From Ramazzottius varieornatus (taxonomy: Eukaryota > Animalia > Tardigrada), in NCBI GenBank assembly GCA_001949185.1, contig BDGG01000011.1, positions 1,317,872-1,347,128 of the forward strand: a stretch of 29,257 nt of DNA, in the 5' to 3' direction. The position numbers and the translations under genes are program-made. This document shows positions 1-11,430 of this stretch, one piece after another (position 1 is the stretch's first letter; each line of letters begins with the position of its first letter). The notes under the pieces are model-generated. The model was not told where the DNA came from, ran no database searches, and worked only from the letters and a program-made list of their open reading frames with translations.

Positions 1-7
1 ATCTTAC

Positions 8-372
8 TTGAACCGGGCTTTTCCACTTCACGGACAACGTGGGTCATGCCCGCCTTGAAGGCCAGGAAGGCGGTGAGGTGGATGGGCTTTTTCTGGTCAT
101 CTTTGGGGAAGGCTTTGACGCGGCCACGGATTCCCCTCGCTCGACGCTTGGGCGCAAAGCCCATCGAGCCATGCCGGGGCGCCGAGAACTTTCGGTGAGA
201 CTGCAGTCACATAAAAGCATGTTGACATCCGAACTGACAAGGAAGCCAGGAGGAAACCACTCGATAAGGAGAACTGCGATCAAGAGGAATAGGAGGGATC
301 GTCGCTGTAGACAGAATCCAAGCTTCAAGGCACAAGATATCTCCTCTCCCGCTTCATCGCTGCACTTACCAT
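8..372 (-). CDS. RPL3: 60S ribosomal protein L3, 5' part (ATG-only first coding exon 372-370; exon 200-8; gene continues off the left edge)
   Basis: ATG|gtaag at 372-365 and ctgcag| acceptor at 201. Spliced translation [65 protein letters not shown] is the diagnostic uL3 N-terminus. Next donor gtaag at 7-3. Confidence 0.97.
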
Positions 373-1046
373 TCTCTTCACGAATCACGACGAGACGATC
401 TTCAATTGCTTCCCACTTCTATAGTCACCGGAAACCTCCAAAGCAAGAGGACAGACCGCCGAAAGAAAACTTCCACAGTGGGATACGAGTCACTCCTATG
501 GGTTAGGGGCGCAGTAGTAGACACTATGAAATTTCTGAAGAGCCAGAAAAATTTATTGCGAGTTTGCGACGTTTCTCATTCTAAATACTTGTTTCCTGAA
601 AAGTGAGTGATTACGTCACAACAATTGCCTGTAGTCTATGTGTTCTTTCATTCAGCCTGGTGACGTCCCGCCGACGCAGCTGGGAAGCCGAATATAGGCT
701 AATTTGGCTTGACAGTTGAGTTGACACACGGCATGCAACTTGCAGGACACACTTTCGCATCTTGAGTCTTGACGTTCCCAGAGCTCCCGAAAGTACCAAA
801 CGAAAACTGAGTATCACATCGTTTCCCACGAATCCAAACTACAGGAGAACTAAATTAACGTCGCGCAATTTAGCGCACCTGTTCACAGCAAACACAGTAG
901 CGTAGATAGTAGAGAGTGAAGCTTCAGACGGTAATCAGAGTACAAGACGGATATAGAACGAAAGCGATATCAAATGGGCTACAGGAAAGCAGAACCAGCA
1001 GGGACTCATTGTTTCAAAGTCTAGATATTACTTCTACGAGTAAATC

Positions 1047-3510
1047 TCAGTCGACAGACATTTCTTCGTCATCGTTGCCGGGTTTATCCTGCGGTCCTCC
1101 AGCTCCACTTCCCGGCGCACGCGCTCCCGTCCCACTTGTGGCCTTCTGGCTCTCCTTGTTCTTCTCCAAGGCCCTCACAAACGCTTCGAAATCTGCGAAG
1201 CACACATTTAAACATGCTTTAACTCACACGGACGGTTGGAAGCCCGGCAAAGAACCTTGTCAAGATCGTGTTCCCGAATGGCGCATGCTACTAGCCAATA
1301 CACTGGAAACGTGCGCCACTCGGAAAAACTAAACTGATCGTATGAGTTTGCCGAGCTCCCATTTCATGCGCGATGCCAGATTCCCACCTCCATTATTCGC
1401 AGCCTGTACGGCTTCCGTACCCAGGTTGAATTCTTGGATGAGCGGACCCAGCTGACGAGTCTCGAAAGCCGAAGCGAAGGATTGCACGGCCTGAAACCGC
1501 AGATGGTATACATGTCAACGACTCTCAATGCAATTCTTCGAAAACGATGAGTTCGAAGCATTTATACCTGTTGGAACTGCGGACTTTGAACAGTGTTCAT
1601 GACTTCGTCGCCAGTCTGGGGGATCAGTGCGTCCTGAGGAAGGTGCGGAGTGAGGCGTTGGACGAAAGCCGGGTTGGACAAGATAGGCAACAGCAACGCT
1701 TGGGAGAATGCCGATGTCCAGTCTACTGGCGGCGCTTGCGCCGCCGCTGAAAGACGAGAAGATAAGCTTCGAAGAAGGTTCTTATGTTTAAGAAGGAAAT
1801 CGAAAGCTTGCAATCAGCAACCGAATTCTACAAGAATGGTTTCCCAAGTGGCGCACTTTTTCCGGGGTTACAGTACTGACTGAAACGTGTGCCACTCGAA
1901 GAAGCAATTTCGTCGAGCTTTCAAGTCTGTTTGCTGAAGTTTCAATTTTGACCTACGTTGGACCGAGCCGAAAATGTTCTGCAAGTCCGACAGCTGAATC
2001 TTGGTTCCAGTCTTCCCAGCCGCATTGGACGGTCGTGGTAGCTTGGTGGGAGCTCCCTGTGCACCACCACCACCAGCTGCTGCAGTACCCATGGTAGCGG
2101 TGGGTCGAGCCACCGCCGGAGTAAGTGTCCCGGAAGTCACTGCAGTGGCGTCGGCACGCGGAGTGGCTGGCTGCGGTGTCCCTCGCAGACCTTGCAGGAG
2201 ACTGCCTGCGCCACTGCTGCTGAAGAGCTGCGCCAGTTGGTTACGATCGACGTTACCACCGAGAATCTCTTGCAGCATGTTGTCATCTAGAGAATAAGAA
2301 GCATCAGACTAAGACTTCAGACTGGAAGGCCAGCAAACGAAATAAGTTTGCTATCTTAAGTGGCGCAGACTCCTGAATAACGACAATGAGAAAGTGCGCC
2401 ACTTGCAATAACGATCTTGTACGTTTCGCCTGCGAACTATTCACTTCTCAAAAGCCCATTGGAAAGTGTAAAATCATTCGCTTCAACTATTATCGGCATC
2501 GGTAACCTTACCAATGCCAAGGTTCTGCAAATCGGACTGCAAGCCTCCATCACCGCCACTGGAACTGCTCCGTGCCGGTGTCTTCCCCGAAAGACAATCC
2601 TGCACCTTCTTGAACAGCTCTTCGTCCTTGGTGGCATCAAATTCCTGCGAGAAAACAAAACGTGTCAGCGAATATCGGAAAAACAGAATTTTCCAACTCC
2701 AAGATTGCCTAAGAGCGAAACAGCGACTACAGTACCGACACGGAAGTACAGTACTGTATTCCCTCGATGGTTTCGCGAATTACGTCATGACGCCAGTAAA
2801 CTATACCCGCACCGACATCACTGATTGTCTGATTGTCGCCCATCACGGAGCCTTGATTAGCGAGTAAACGTTGATTGAAGACACAGGCATTTTCCATCCC
2901 CGCCGGGTAACATTTGCGTCAAGTGATTCGCGAAACCATCGAGGGAATACTGTACTGTATAGTCTCCCGAAATTCACGTACGTCACCCATTAAGAGTGTA
3001 AAACTAGACGGTAAGACTCCAATGATTTGAGTCAGTGACGTACGTGAATTTCGGGAGAGCATACAGTACCATTCATCAGGCACTGATTTGATTTGATTGG
3101 TTAAAGACTAATGGGTACACTGCCAACCACAAACCTGCATCCAGTAAAACAGCTTCCTTCCGGTAGCTTTCACTCGCAGCAGAAAGACTCGTCCTGTGGT
3201 GCACTGCGGAACTTTCTTCAGCTCTACATCGTTCGGCATGATAATTAAGTCCTAGACGAACACATCGAACCATCAAATAATTGGCAGAAAGTAAACAGAA
3301 AGATCTGGCGCGTACTTCTTCGGGACTGGTGGCGGAGCGTTCTCGCCAGCAGAAATGTGGTAGGTCATCGTCGCCTTTGTTGACGTAGACCATGCCTTTC
3401 CGAGGATCAGCCGTGACTGTAGATCCTTCCATGGTCATCCTACCAGCCTTGAACTCCACCATGTAACGGGAGCTACCACGTTGTTGCGCTTGCCGTCCGA
3501 ATAACGCCAT
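1047..3510 (-). CDS. ADRM1: Proteasomal ubiquitin receptor ADRM1/Rpn13 (7 exons: 3510-3316, 3251-3135, 2644-2512, 2286-1957, 1746-1568, 1490-1388, 1192-1047)
   Basis: N-terminal Pru domain ([10 protein letters not shown]...[12 protein letters not shown]...HFCWRERS...[25 protein letters not shown]...LFYWMQE); linker [10 protein letters not shown]; DEUBAD region ([27 protein letters not shown]); C-terminus DDEEMSVD*. All introns are GT-AG with consistent phases. Confidence 0.95.
1236..1361. repeat. Intronic palindromic element, AAGTGGCGCA family (locus 1; last ADRM1 intron)
   Basis: TGGCGCA at 1279 and TGCGCCA at 1312 (26-nt spacer). Extended imperfect arms gaagcccggcaaa.../...tttgccgagctcc. 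Confidence 0.85.
1820..1925. repeat. Intronic palindromic element (locus 2; ADRM1 intron)
   Basis: caagTGGCGCA at 1849 and TGTGCCActcg at 1888 (32-nt spacer). Confidence 0.8.
2325..2440. repeat. Intronic palindromic element (locus 3; ADRM1 intron)
   Basis: aagTGGCGCA at 2361 and TGCGCCActt at 2395 (27-nt spacer). Confidence 0.85.
2747..2959. mobile_element. MITE-like element with ~35-bp terminal inverted repeats, in ADRM1 intron 2
   Basis: Left tacagtactgtattccctcgatggtttcgcgaat; right attcgcgaaaccatcgagggaatactgtactgta (near-perfect reverse complement). Ends in TA; no coding capacity. Confidence 0.85.
2953..3068. mobile_element. Second MITE-like element abutting the first
   Basis: Left tactgtatagtctcccgaaattcacgtacgtcac; right gtgacgtacgtgaatttcgggagagcatacagta. 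The 24-bp inverted core is perfect. Confidence 0.85.
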
Positions 3511-4544
3511 CTCCGAGAGTTTTCGAGGAGAAGAGTCCTGAAACGAAGGGCCACCCCTCAATAAGCTACAGGGAATTCGTTGGGCTAGCTACTAACTTAC
3601 TCTACACAGTGGTGATATCCTGAAGTCCAGGTTCCAGAGCGATTCGATGGGAGAAAGAGAGATTATGTTACTCGTGGAAGAAATGCTAAATGACATGACA
3701 ATCTCGCGGCTCATAAATCAATAATCATTCGATCACCTCGAAATCAAGGCCCATTTTTCGCCGCACTGGTCGACCCTGGACAGCCCGACAGAGACGTCTC
3801 GCCGACCGGTTGTCTAACAGTGGTGCTTCAGCTCGGCTCAAGGTCGAGGCGGACCGAGTTGGTCCGAAAGCTGCTCAAGGCGGCATCAGCTGTTTCCGCC
3901 CAGACAAAAGAACTATTTGCTGGAATCTAACTTCGGAGTTTCGGACAGCGCTCTTCGTTACTTTAATCTCCGAACACAAACCTCCGTGTTTTTTCTGGTG
4001 TAGAAAAATGGCAAGGCTCGATTATACCATCGTTCTCAGCTCCGATTCCGAAGTGGAAGTCAACAGCTCCATCATTGAGCTGGATCAAGACGACGCCCGA
4101 CCATCCAGAATTGCCCACGGCCAGGCATTTTCTTCCCTCTCGATCACCGACATCGAGAAACGTCGCGCCGAAGTGGACGCTCTAAAGGCTGCCTACGGTG
4201 AGGATGAGGGCGGATGGGGTGTCAAGACTACATCCGTCAAGGTAGCAACCAAGACATCGTCTCTTGTGTGTCCATCAGTGTCATGCTCGTCTTGAACCGC
4301 AAGTTCAGTCGCTCCAGCAACTTCGGACTGGATATCAAGATGGGCCCTAGTAAACCAGTGTTCGAGAATTATCGAGCTTTCTCTCCTCTTCGTCTGAAGA
4401 TCGAATTGTCAGTTCAGAAGAACGAAGCGACCTTCGTCGTGAATGCCTCGTGGCTCTTGAAGGATCACGTAAGACAACATTTCCGTTTGTTTACATTACA
4501 TACTAACATTACTCATCATACCCACATTACTGACATGTGATCGC

Positions 4545-4610
4545 TCTCTCGAGTGGCGCACGTTTCCATTGGTACTGATGAGATGGTGCGCCACTTTTGA
4601 AACCGATCTG
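4545..4610. repeat. Intronic palindromic element (locus 4; RNF14-like intron)
   Basis: gagTGGCGCA at 4554 and TGCGCCActt at 4587 (26-nt spacer). Confidence 0.85.
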
Positions 4611-5656
4611 GGGGAATTTCAACCGCTGACGTCCCACTGTTTTCAGACCAAACGCTTGAAAACTGAGCTCGAAAAGAGGTTCTTCAAGGCTCGCTCTCTT
4701 CTTCCGGTCATAGAGTGGCTGAAAGAGGACATTCTTCAGTTTCTGAAGCTTTTCAAGAAGAACCAACTGACTTACGCCACTCCGGAGACGGACGACTGGC
4801 AGTCGCACTACATCGCCCACCGGGACCCGCTGACTATCCACATGCTCTTCGAGGGAATGGCCGACAAAGTGGCCTTGCTCGAAGGCTCCGAACTGGTCAA
4901 AGCGGGAACCTTCGACTGTCCTATCTGCTACGATCACAAGTCCAGTATGGCGGCGGTGATCTTTCCCCAGTGCAAACACCACTTCTGTCGAGGATGCGTC
5001 TCGCAGGACTTGAGTCTCAAGATGGACAGCTGAAAGACCTCAAGTGCCTTGAACACAAGTGCAACAGTATGGTCGACATGAATATGATACGAGGAAGTTA
5101 CAAAAATTGTAACATTTACTGGAATTTACATCCCGAAAGAAATATTCCGTTTAGAGACCCAACACTGATTCTGCTTCTTACAGCTGAAGTTGTAGGTGGA
5201 CATCTCGACATTCAATCGCTATTGTGACTTGACGACGGACCGGTTCTTGGACGAAAGGTACAAGGCAACCTGGTACAAAACATTACATATGAAAATGTGT
5301 TGACTTTATCTTGAACTTAATTTTATTTAATACTCGTAACCAGGAAGCCTAGCTTATGCTAGGCTTCTTTTTGTTTGTACACATCTTTTGGAACTTGAGA
5401 ACGAAAACCAATAAGTTCCGCTTTTCCACAAAAAAATAATAAAAATTTTGCAATGTTTTCTTTTCTGGCTAGCAAAACCGTAGTTCGTTGCCTCAAGAAG
5501 GAATGCAACGTCCCAATGGAACTGGCGCCGGATGCTCCACGCGAAGTTCGCTGTCCAACTTGTCGACACGACGTTTGCACCACCTGTAAGGCTGTCCCGC
5601 ATGTGGGTTCCCATGCTGGACCGATGGTACGTGGATAATTACCCTTCTTCTCACTT

Positions 5657-5775
5657 GGGAGCTCACCAAACAAACTCGACAAAATCGTTTCTCAAGTGGC
5701 GCATGCTTCCATTGTTGTTGGCTGAAGGTGCGCGCCGCTTGAAAAAGCGCTTCTGTCGAGTTTGTTTGGCGAGCC
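5657..5775. repeat. Intronic palindromic element (locus 5; best-preserved ~120-bp copy)
   Basis: Arms of ~45 bp: gctcaccaaacaaactcgacaaaatcgtttctcaagtggcgca and cgcgccgcttgaaaaagcgcttctgtcgagtttgtttggcgagc. 27-nt spacer. Confidence 0.9.
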
Positions 5776-6039
5776 TTATTTTTCATTACAGTGTGGCGAA
5801 GTGGATGAATAAAAGTTTATTTTATTTGCAGACCGAAAAAAGCAAATTCGAGAAGAAAGGAGGGCAGCTAGCGAAGCTGGGCGTGAAGCCTTGAAGAAAC
5901 GAATAGGAGCCGACAACGTCAAGTTCGCCCTGGAGGACGCAGAGTCCGAAGAATGGATCAGTAAGAACGCCAAGTCCTGCCCGAAGTGCAATACACCCAT
6001 CCAGGTAAGGTTTTCTTCTGCAACTCGAAATGTATATTC

Positions 6040-6222
6040 GACAAAGAAACTTGACCGGATCGGTTCTTCCAGCGGCGCAAATCTCCAGCTCATAAAAATG
6101 AAAACGTGCGCGCTTGGGGAAAAAATTTTCCCGAATTTTCAAAGTGGCGCAGGCTTCCATCCAATAACAATCAGAGTGTGCGCCACTTGAAAAACTAATC
6201 TCGCCGAGTTTGTTTGCCAGGT
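6040..6222. repeat. Tandem dimer of the palindromic element (locus 6; RNF14-like intron)
   Basis: Cores at 6073/6107 and 6145/6179, both with 27-nt spacers; period 72. Confidence 0.85.
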
Positions 6223-7181
6223 TTTTTGAAAATGGTGCAAGGTGGAGCTGAGAACATGACAGGTGAAATTTTCGGGTAGAAATCTGACGGGTGTAACAAG
6301 ATGGTGTGCACAGCCAAAGGTTGCAAGACCTACTTCTGCTGGTTGTTTGGTAAGCGGTTGGACAGCCTGAAGCCCTACGAACACTTCTTGCAAGCGGGTA
6401 ACGGGGCCTGTAGCGGCATGCTGTATACTCGTATCGGGCCAGATGGCGCCCTTCAGCAAGTCCCCCAACCGTACATGGCTCCCGACGTCAACCGAATGCT
6501 GCAGCAGGCTCCTCCTGCGGGACACGTGCCGCCTAAACGATAAGTGCCCAAAAGAAGAGCCTATTTTTCCGTCTTGTATTTTTCGAGGATTTCAAGCACC
6601 GTTTCGTCTGACGTACTATTGAAGCTCCAAAAGGTTCTAATAATTTAGATGAATATTTTTTATATTCCTGAGAATATTTTTGCCCCATATACTGATTATT
6701 GGCAACTATTATAGAAAGTGAGCCGTCGACGTGTTTCCTTGTGGATTGTTACGGCAGCTGCCGAAAGTCCTTTCCTCGATCACACTTGTGACTGACTTTC
6801 AATGGTACCATTCCTCAGTGCTACTACAGTAGTAATAAAAGCTGAGGAAACCAATGGCGTAATAGGTCGAGGTGTACTGTTCGTCCACTGTCTCGCTTTC
6901 ACAATATCGCAGAGGTTCCCTCACAGAGAGAGAACGGCCCGGCACAGGAGAATACGTAGGCCATCATGGACTGGAACAAAACAACCTCTCTTGCAAACCC
7001 AATCACAATGGGGCACTGTAGATTCAAAGGGCTGGTAGGTATTGACAAACAAAAAATCGACTGGAGGAAAAACGACACGAGTTTTCGTTTCATTTACCAT
7101 AACGACAGAGTAGTTACAAGTTGCTGTTTCTGCGTGGCGAGGTAATATTGAGGTTGTTTTTACTCGCTTTGCATTTTTGAA

Positions 7182-8034
7182 ATGACAGTGACAAAGACGT
7201 TGGCGGAGAGCTATGTTGTCGACGAAGCTGATGCTTGTTCTGGCAAGCGTTTTTGTAGTGGCCTTCATTCGGCGAAGAAAGTGACGGCAGAAACGACGCC
7301 GCATACAGGACAGAAACCCGAATCAGTAGTTACGCTGACCGACTTGCCGCCCTTGCTTCTCCGTGAGATCTTCCAGCACATGCACCTGTACCAACGCCTC
7401 TATTACCGAACGTAAGTTTTCAGCACATCGGTCATTCACTTCGTTAAAATTTATCGAAGGAATCGTATGGGAAGTTGATAAATGTATTTAAGATGATTGT
7501 CCTCTCCAGTGGCGCACGCTCTCAGTGTTGATGGCAGGGCGTATCCGCCACTGGCGGAAACGATCAGGTCCCAGTCATTTGCCGGCGTCGTAATTTATAA
7601 GCATCACTGGATGACTGTTTGTAATGTTTTCTGATAGTGTTTGCAAGGACTGGAAAGACCTGCTGGATTCCCGGTCGCTGCGCGAGAAGCACGCCCTTGC
7701 TTTGCTCCCGATAGCAGTTGGATCATCAGTGGGTACAAGGGACTATGCATGTGAAATGTCCAAGGATTGTGGTAGGCCTTGGTGTCGATCCTTGTGGCAC
7801 GCTACCGAAATGGTGTGGCTAGTCGATCAAGTCTACATGTTGAATGAACGCGAGAATCATCAAAAAGAACTGACCGAACTCAAGACTGAGGTAGAAAAAT
7901 TTGTGTCTTGCTATGAATATATGGCCTTTAGCGGTCGGCTGGACGAAATGTTGACAAAGCACGTTGATCCACCCAAAACAACCAGCGTACCGTGTAAGAT
8001 TGTGGCCGAGAACCATGAGTCTTTCGTTGTCTAA
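7182..8034 (+). CDS. F-box domain protein (exons 7182-7411 and 7638-8034; a further upstream exon at ~6966-7038 is possible)
   Basis: Spliced motif LTDLPPLLLREIFQHMHLYQRLYYRT|VCKDWKDLL is a canonical F-box (LP..IF...VCK.W). Donor gtaag at 7412; acceptor gatag at 7637. C-terminal region not recognised. Confidence 0.75.
7470..7590. repeat. Intronic palindromic element (locus 7; F-box intron)
   Basis: ccagTGGCGCA at 7510 and TCCGCCActgg at 7544 (27-nt spacer). Confidence 0.8.
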
Positions 8035-8820
8035 TAATCACACTTATTTCTTTTTGTTTTCGTTCCAATAAATTTACCATAGGCTAATTACTCTTTTTCT
8101 ATGAAATAATTGTTACGAGGAATCACCACATGTTTTGAATATGTATTGCTTGTTTGAGATCAGTTTTTTGGAATATGTACCAAAAGGTAGTAGTAAACCG
8201 AGAGCGAGAAAGATCTTTACGATTACAAAATCGCTTGAATAGCGTATAGGTACCAGATTTTCAATTTTAAGAATGAGGTACTTCCTGGTCGGACTTGGCT
8301 GATTACGTCAAGCCGAAAAAAACCCAGCGCTCTGGTTTTCCCATTTTACGGACGAGGATGTCGACTGACGCCAGGCGTGGTGTGGTGGCAGACACAATCC
8401 AGAGTCGACATTATATTTTATGAGGCTCGTCAAAGTTTTATCGAGTACAAAAACGTTTCGTGCCTGTCAACAAGTGACAGCCTGGCCTCCCTCGGTCAGG
8501 ACCGTTAGGTTGCTGGATTTGGGTTTGGGCGCAGGGCCGCAGCTGACGTCGTCATCGTGGTATTCATAGGACACTAGCAGCATGACCGCGATCGCGAAAT
8601 GCAAGGTGGGGCTCACCACCGACAAGTCTGTAATGTCATATTTTGATGGCCTCTGCGTGCCCAGATTCCCTGAACCACCGTAAGGGTAAGATATAAGCTT
8701 CTGCTCAGAGTTCCAACTCGAGACATCACTGTGAAGTTTTCATCATTACTTCCTGCTGTTGCATTCGTATGTCCTAGTTATAACGACCTTCTGCCTTCTC
8801 CTTTTACGGTCCGCTTGAAG

Positions 8821-9207
8821 ATGGAGTCACGCGTCAAACTACTGGTTATGACTTGTCTCTTACTGTCTTCCGCAAACTATGCTTTGACGCGCTCTATCCG
8901 CGTCATCGGCCCATATTTCCCTGCCTTCCAGCCAGGTCTCACCTTGCCGGGAGTTTCCGGAGCAGATCCAGAAAGACTGCCATCGCTGAAAGACGAAGAC
9001 ATGGCCTCGCTGCCAACAAGTCCTTCTTCTGCAAAAGCGCAGCTCAACCCAGAGAGCATCTACTTGCCGTCACCTCTCAGTGGACCTCGCTTCCTGGAAC
9101 CTTTCTGGTACGAACAACCGCTGGTGCCCCAGGAAAAGGAGAGCATGATACGCAAGTCGCGCCATTGCCAGTGCGGACCCAAAAGCTGGTTCTGCTGCAT
9201 TCGATAG
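8821..9207 (+). CDS. Secreted prepropeptide (128 aa) with a C-terminal cysteine-rich peptide
   Basis: Signal-peptide-like MESRVKLLVMTCLLLSSANYA; Pro/Ser-rich pro-region; basic site RKSR; then HCQCGPKSWFCCIR*. TATA-like ATATAAG at 8691. Confidence 0.7.
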   Translation: MESRVKLLVMTCLLLSSANYALTRSIRVIGPYFPAFQPGLTLPGVSGADPERLPSLKDEDMASLPTSPSSAKAQLNPESIYLPSPLSGPRFLEPFWYEQPLVPQEKESMIRKSRHCQCGPKSWFCCIR

Positions 9208-9689
9208 CCTTCTGCGAACAGCTGTTAGATGTTGAGATAGTAAGTTTCAATTTATTTCTGCTGGCGGACATATTTGGAAAACCCTTTGTTTTACGATGGA
9301 GATGACAAATAGTGGTTTCCATCAGATTGCGCTTGATGTTACTGTCATTGTGGATTGACCACTGCTGTGCCTGGCTGGCGGATATTGACTGACCGCAAAT
9401 TTCTCCTCCTACGTGAACTTACTTGAAATGTAAATTTTCTTCTCCGTAAATGGACAATGACACAGACATATTTTCTTTTCCGGCTTTACCCGGCCTCACT
9501 GAGCATTCCTGACAGGAAAGACTTGTGGTAATTCGACCAGATTATGGTTGAAAGTGAAAGGTGAAGTTGAAAGCAGGGAGATAAACGTTGAGGAGCTTTG
9601 GACAGAGGCAAGAATGAGAAGCCAGGGAGGAGCCGGAATTAGAACCATCGGAACTGTCCGCTCCAGCCATGCAGACCCACCTTCCTCGC

Positions 9690-10569
9690 TCAGGGCCGGA
9701 GGTGCGTTTCTCTGTACCGTATCACGGTGACAAGGCAAGCAATCTGGAACAGGAAACCACTATCAGATCCAGAGAGACTCACTTCAGATATTGACAAATG
9801 AACTGAACCATATCGTTCTTTCAAGTGGCGCAAGTTTTCATTGTTGTTGGCTAGGAGTGCGCGTTACTTGGGAAAACGATTTAGGTCAAATCACTTGTCC
9901 ACGTTCCGTTTTGAGAACAGAAAGCCTGCAAGGATTATGCCCTGCTTACATCTGCGAAGACCAGAATACTGAACAGCGTAATGTAGATTTTCATGGATAA
10001 ATAAATCGACTGGGGAACCTAAAACCGGAGAGCAAATTGTCGATTGAATATAGCGCAATGACAATGCACAAAGGGAAACTCTAGACTTGATGGTATGACC
10101 CACTAGTTCGGTAAATTCAAAGTAGTGGTAGATATTCCATGAAAGTGCGGCGATTTGGAAACCAACGTACAAGGCGAAGAGCAGTAACCATCCGCGAACC
10201 AACTTCCGGGATTGCTGAAAGGCGAAGCACAATGTTTAAGGTCAAATTTCATAGCTGTGAATCTGACGACGATATAATCAGATTCCTACCCGAACTAGCC
10301 CGGTGAATAGACAACCTGCAGCCAGCCAGAGACCGAACGACCAGTTGAAACTGGAAATCTGTAGCCACAGAAAGTAGTCGGGTGCGTGGGTGTAGTCGTA
10401 GATGGTAAATCCGAGCAGCGCGAACCCTAAAAGCTAAAACGAGCACCGAGTTTCAAGAAGCGGACGTTGTAGAATATTTACCCATATCCTCACTTACCAA
10501 TGTATAACCCGCGATACACAAGCAGGCAGTTCGTAATGAACAGCCAACGGACCTCAAATCTATCTTCAT
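9690..10569 (-). CDS. Small four-transmembrane protein, LAPTM/DUF4728-like architecture (exons 10569-10498, 10433-10290, 10214-10104, 10018-9950, 9743-9690)
   Basis: Five exons joined by phase-0 GT-AG introns give MKIDLRSVGCSLRTACLCIAGYTL|LLGFALLGFTIYDY...LWLAAGCLFTGLVR|QSRKLVRGWLLLFALYVGFQIAAL...|VPQSIYLSMKIYITLFSILVFAD|IACLVTVIRYRETHLRP*, with four hydrophobic stretches. Family call is from architecture only. Confidence 0.7.
9793..9899. repeat. Intronic palindromic element (locus 8; last intron of the 4-TM gene)
   Basis: caagTGGCGCA at 9826 and CGCGTTActtg at 9860 (27-nt spacer). Outer arms gacaaatga.../...tcacttgtc. Confidence 0.85.
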
Positions 10570-11430
10570 CGTGGCAAAGTCTTTGTTTCAAGCGAGACGG
10601 ACATACTCGATCGAGATGCCGCGAAGAACTCAATAGTGCGCGGATAATCACCGCGCAGACGACAACTCCGCTGAATTTTCTCCGAGAAATCTCTCAATCG
10701 CGAAGCACGTTAATCTCTGACTCCAAGACATACTTGGAGCTCGCACCGACAGCTGAGCTGGAGGAAAAGTGACTTCGCTTCCTAGTTTATTTCCTACTGC
10801 TTTCCGAAGAGTCGCACGGCCTGCGGTGAAGTCTGTCACTGTAGGCTTGGCTGAAGACTATACGGTACGGCCTGCCATTCAGATTACTCCTCTTGCGCAG
10901 GAGGCCATGTCGGCAAGCCGACGAGAGCACAGACACGTCGTGTAGGCTAACGCAGACTAGACCGTAAAGGTCGCTATGCGGTGGAATGCGCAGCTCATTA
11001 CGGTAAGTGCGCGAATGATCAATCAGTGCTGATCGTGAGTGTTCTTCCCCACGTCCTAAAAGCAACTATCCACTACTGCCCACGCAGCTGCAACTTGTGA
11101 TGATACATAATGTCTAATGTATCCGGACATCTTTACGGTTCGCAACAGCCCACTTGCGTTACAAATCGACCAAGATCTACGGCAGAAGGCAAACGACGAA
11201 GAAGAGTCTCGGTCGCAGTCTTCGACAAACAACGGTTTCTGTTGAGTAATCCCCATCGCAACTTGTTTGCATTCGAGCATGAAGTCCGTCTGTCAATATT
11301 AGCTTCATTCCGTGACATCCAGCGGAAACAAACGTAAAAACCAGCATCGTAAACCTGTCATCACCGACTTGAAATAAAATAAACCTAGAATTTTAATTTA
11401 ATTAGAGCAACGAGCGGGGAGCAAAACCGG

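Larger units (their letters stand above)
4008..6543 (+). pseudogene. RNF14/ARA54-like RWD-RBR E3 ubiquitin ligase, frameshifted
   Basis: RWD-like segment (EVDALKAAYG...PLRLKIEL...FVVNASWL); RING1 (FDCPICYD...CKHHFCRGC...KCLEHKC); IBR (VVRCLKKEC...CPTCRHDVCTTCKAVPH); RING2 (KSCPKCNTPIQ|KSDGCNKMVC...CKTYFCWL). RING1 needs a frame change at ~5020 (MDS* vs DGQLKDLKC). IBR needs one at ~5610. RING2 reads FCWLF instead of FCWLC. Confidence 0.8.

Noticed and set aside
201-369. Possible snoRNA in RPL3 intron 1
   Set aside because: A C-box-like GCGATGA is present, but I see no well-placed CTGA D box, terminal stem or H/ACA layout.
39-506. 155-aa + strand ORF and similar shadow ORFs (916-1332, 2417-2824, 16255-16713, 25364-25786)
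   Set aside because: They are antisense or off-frame to recognisable spliced genes and have no motif support.
5031-5033. TGA in the RNF14-like gene as selenocysteine or readthrough
   Set aside because: Homology continues in a different frame, so a frameshift is needed rather than readthrough.
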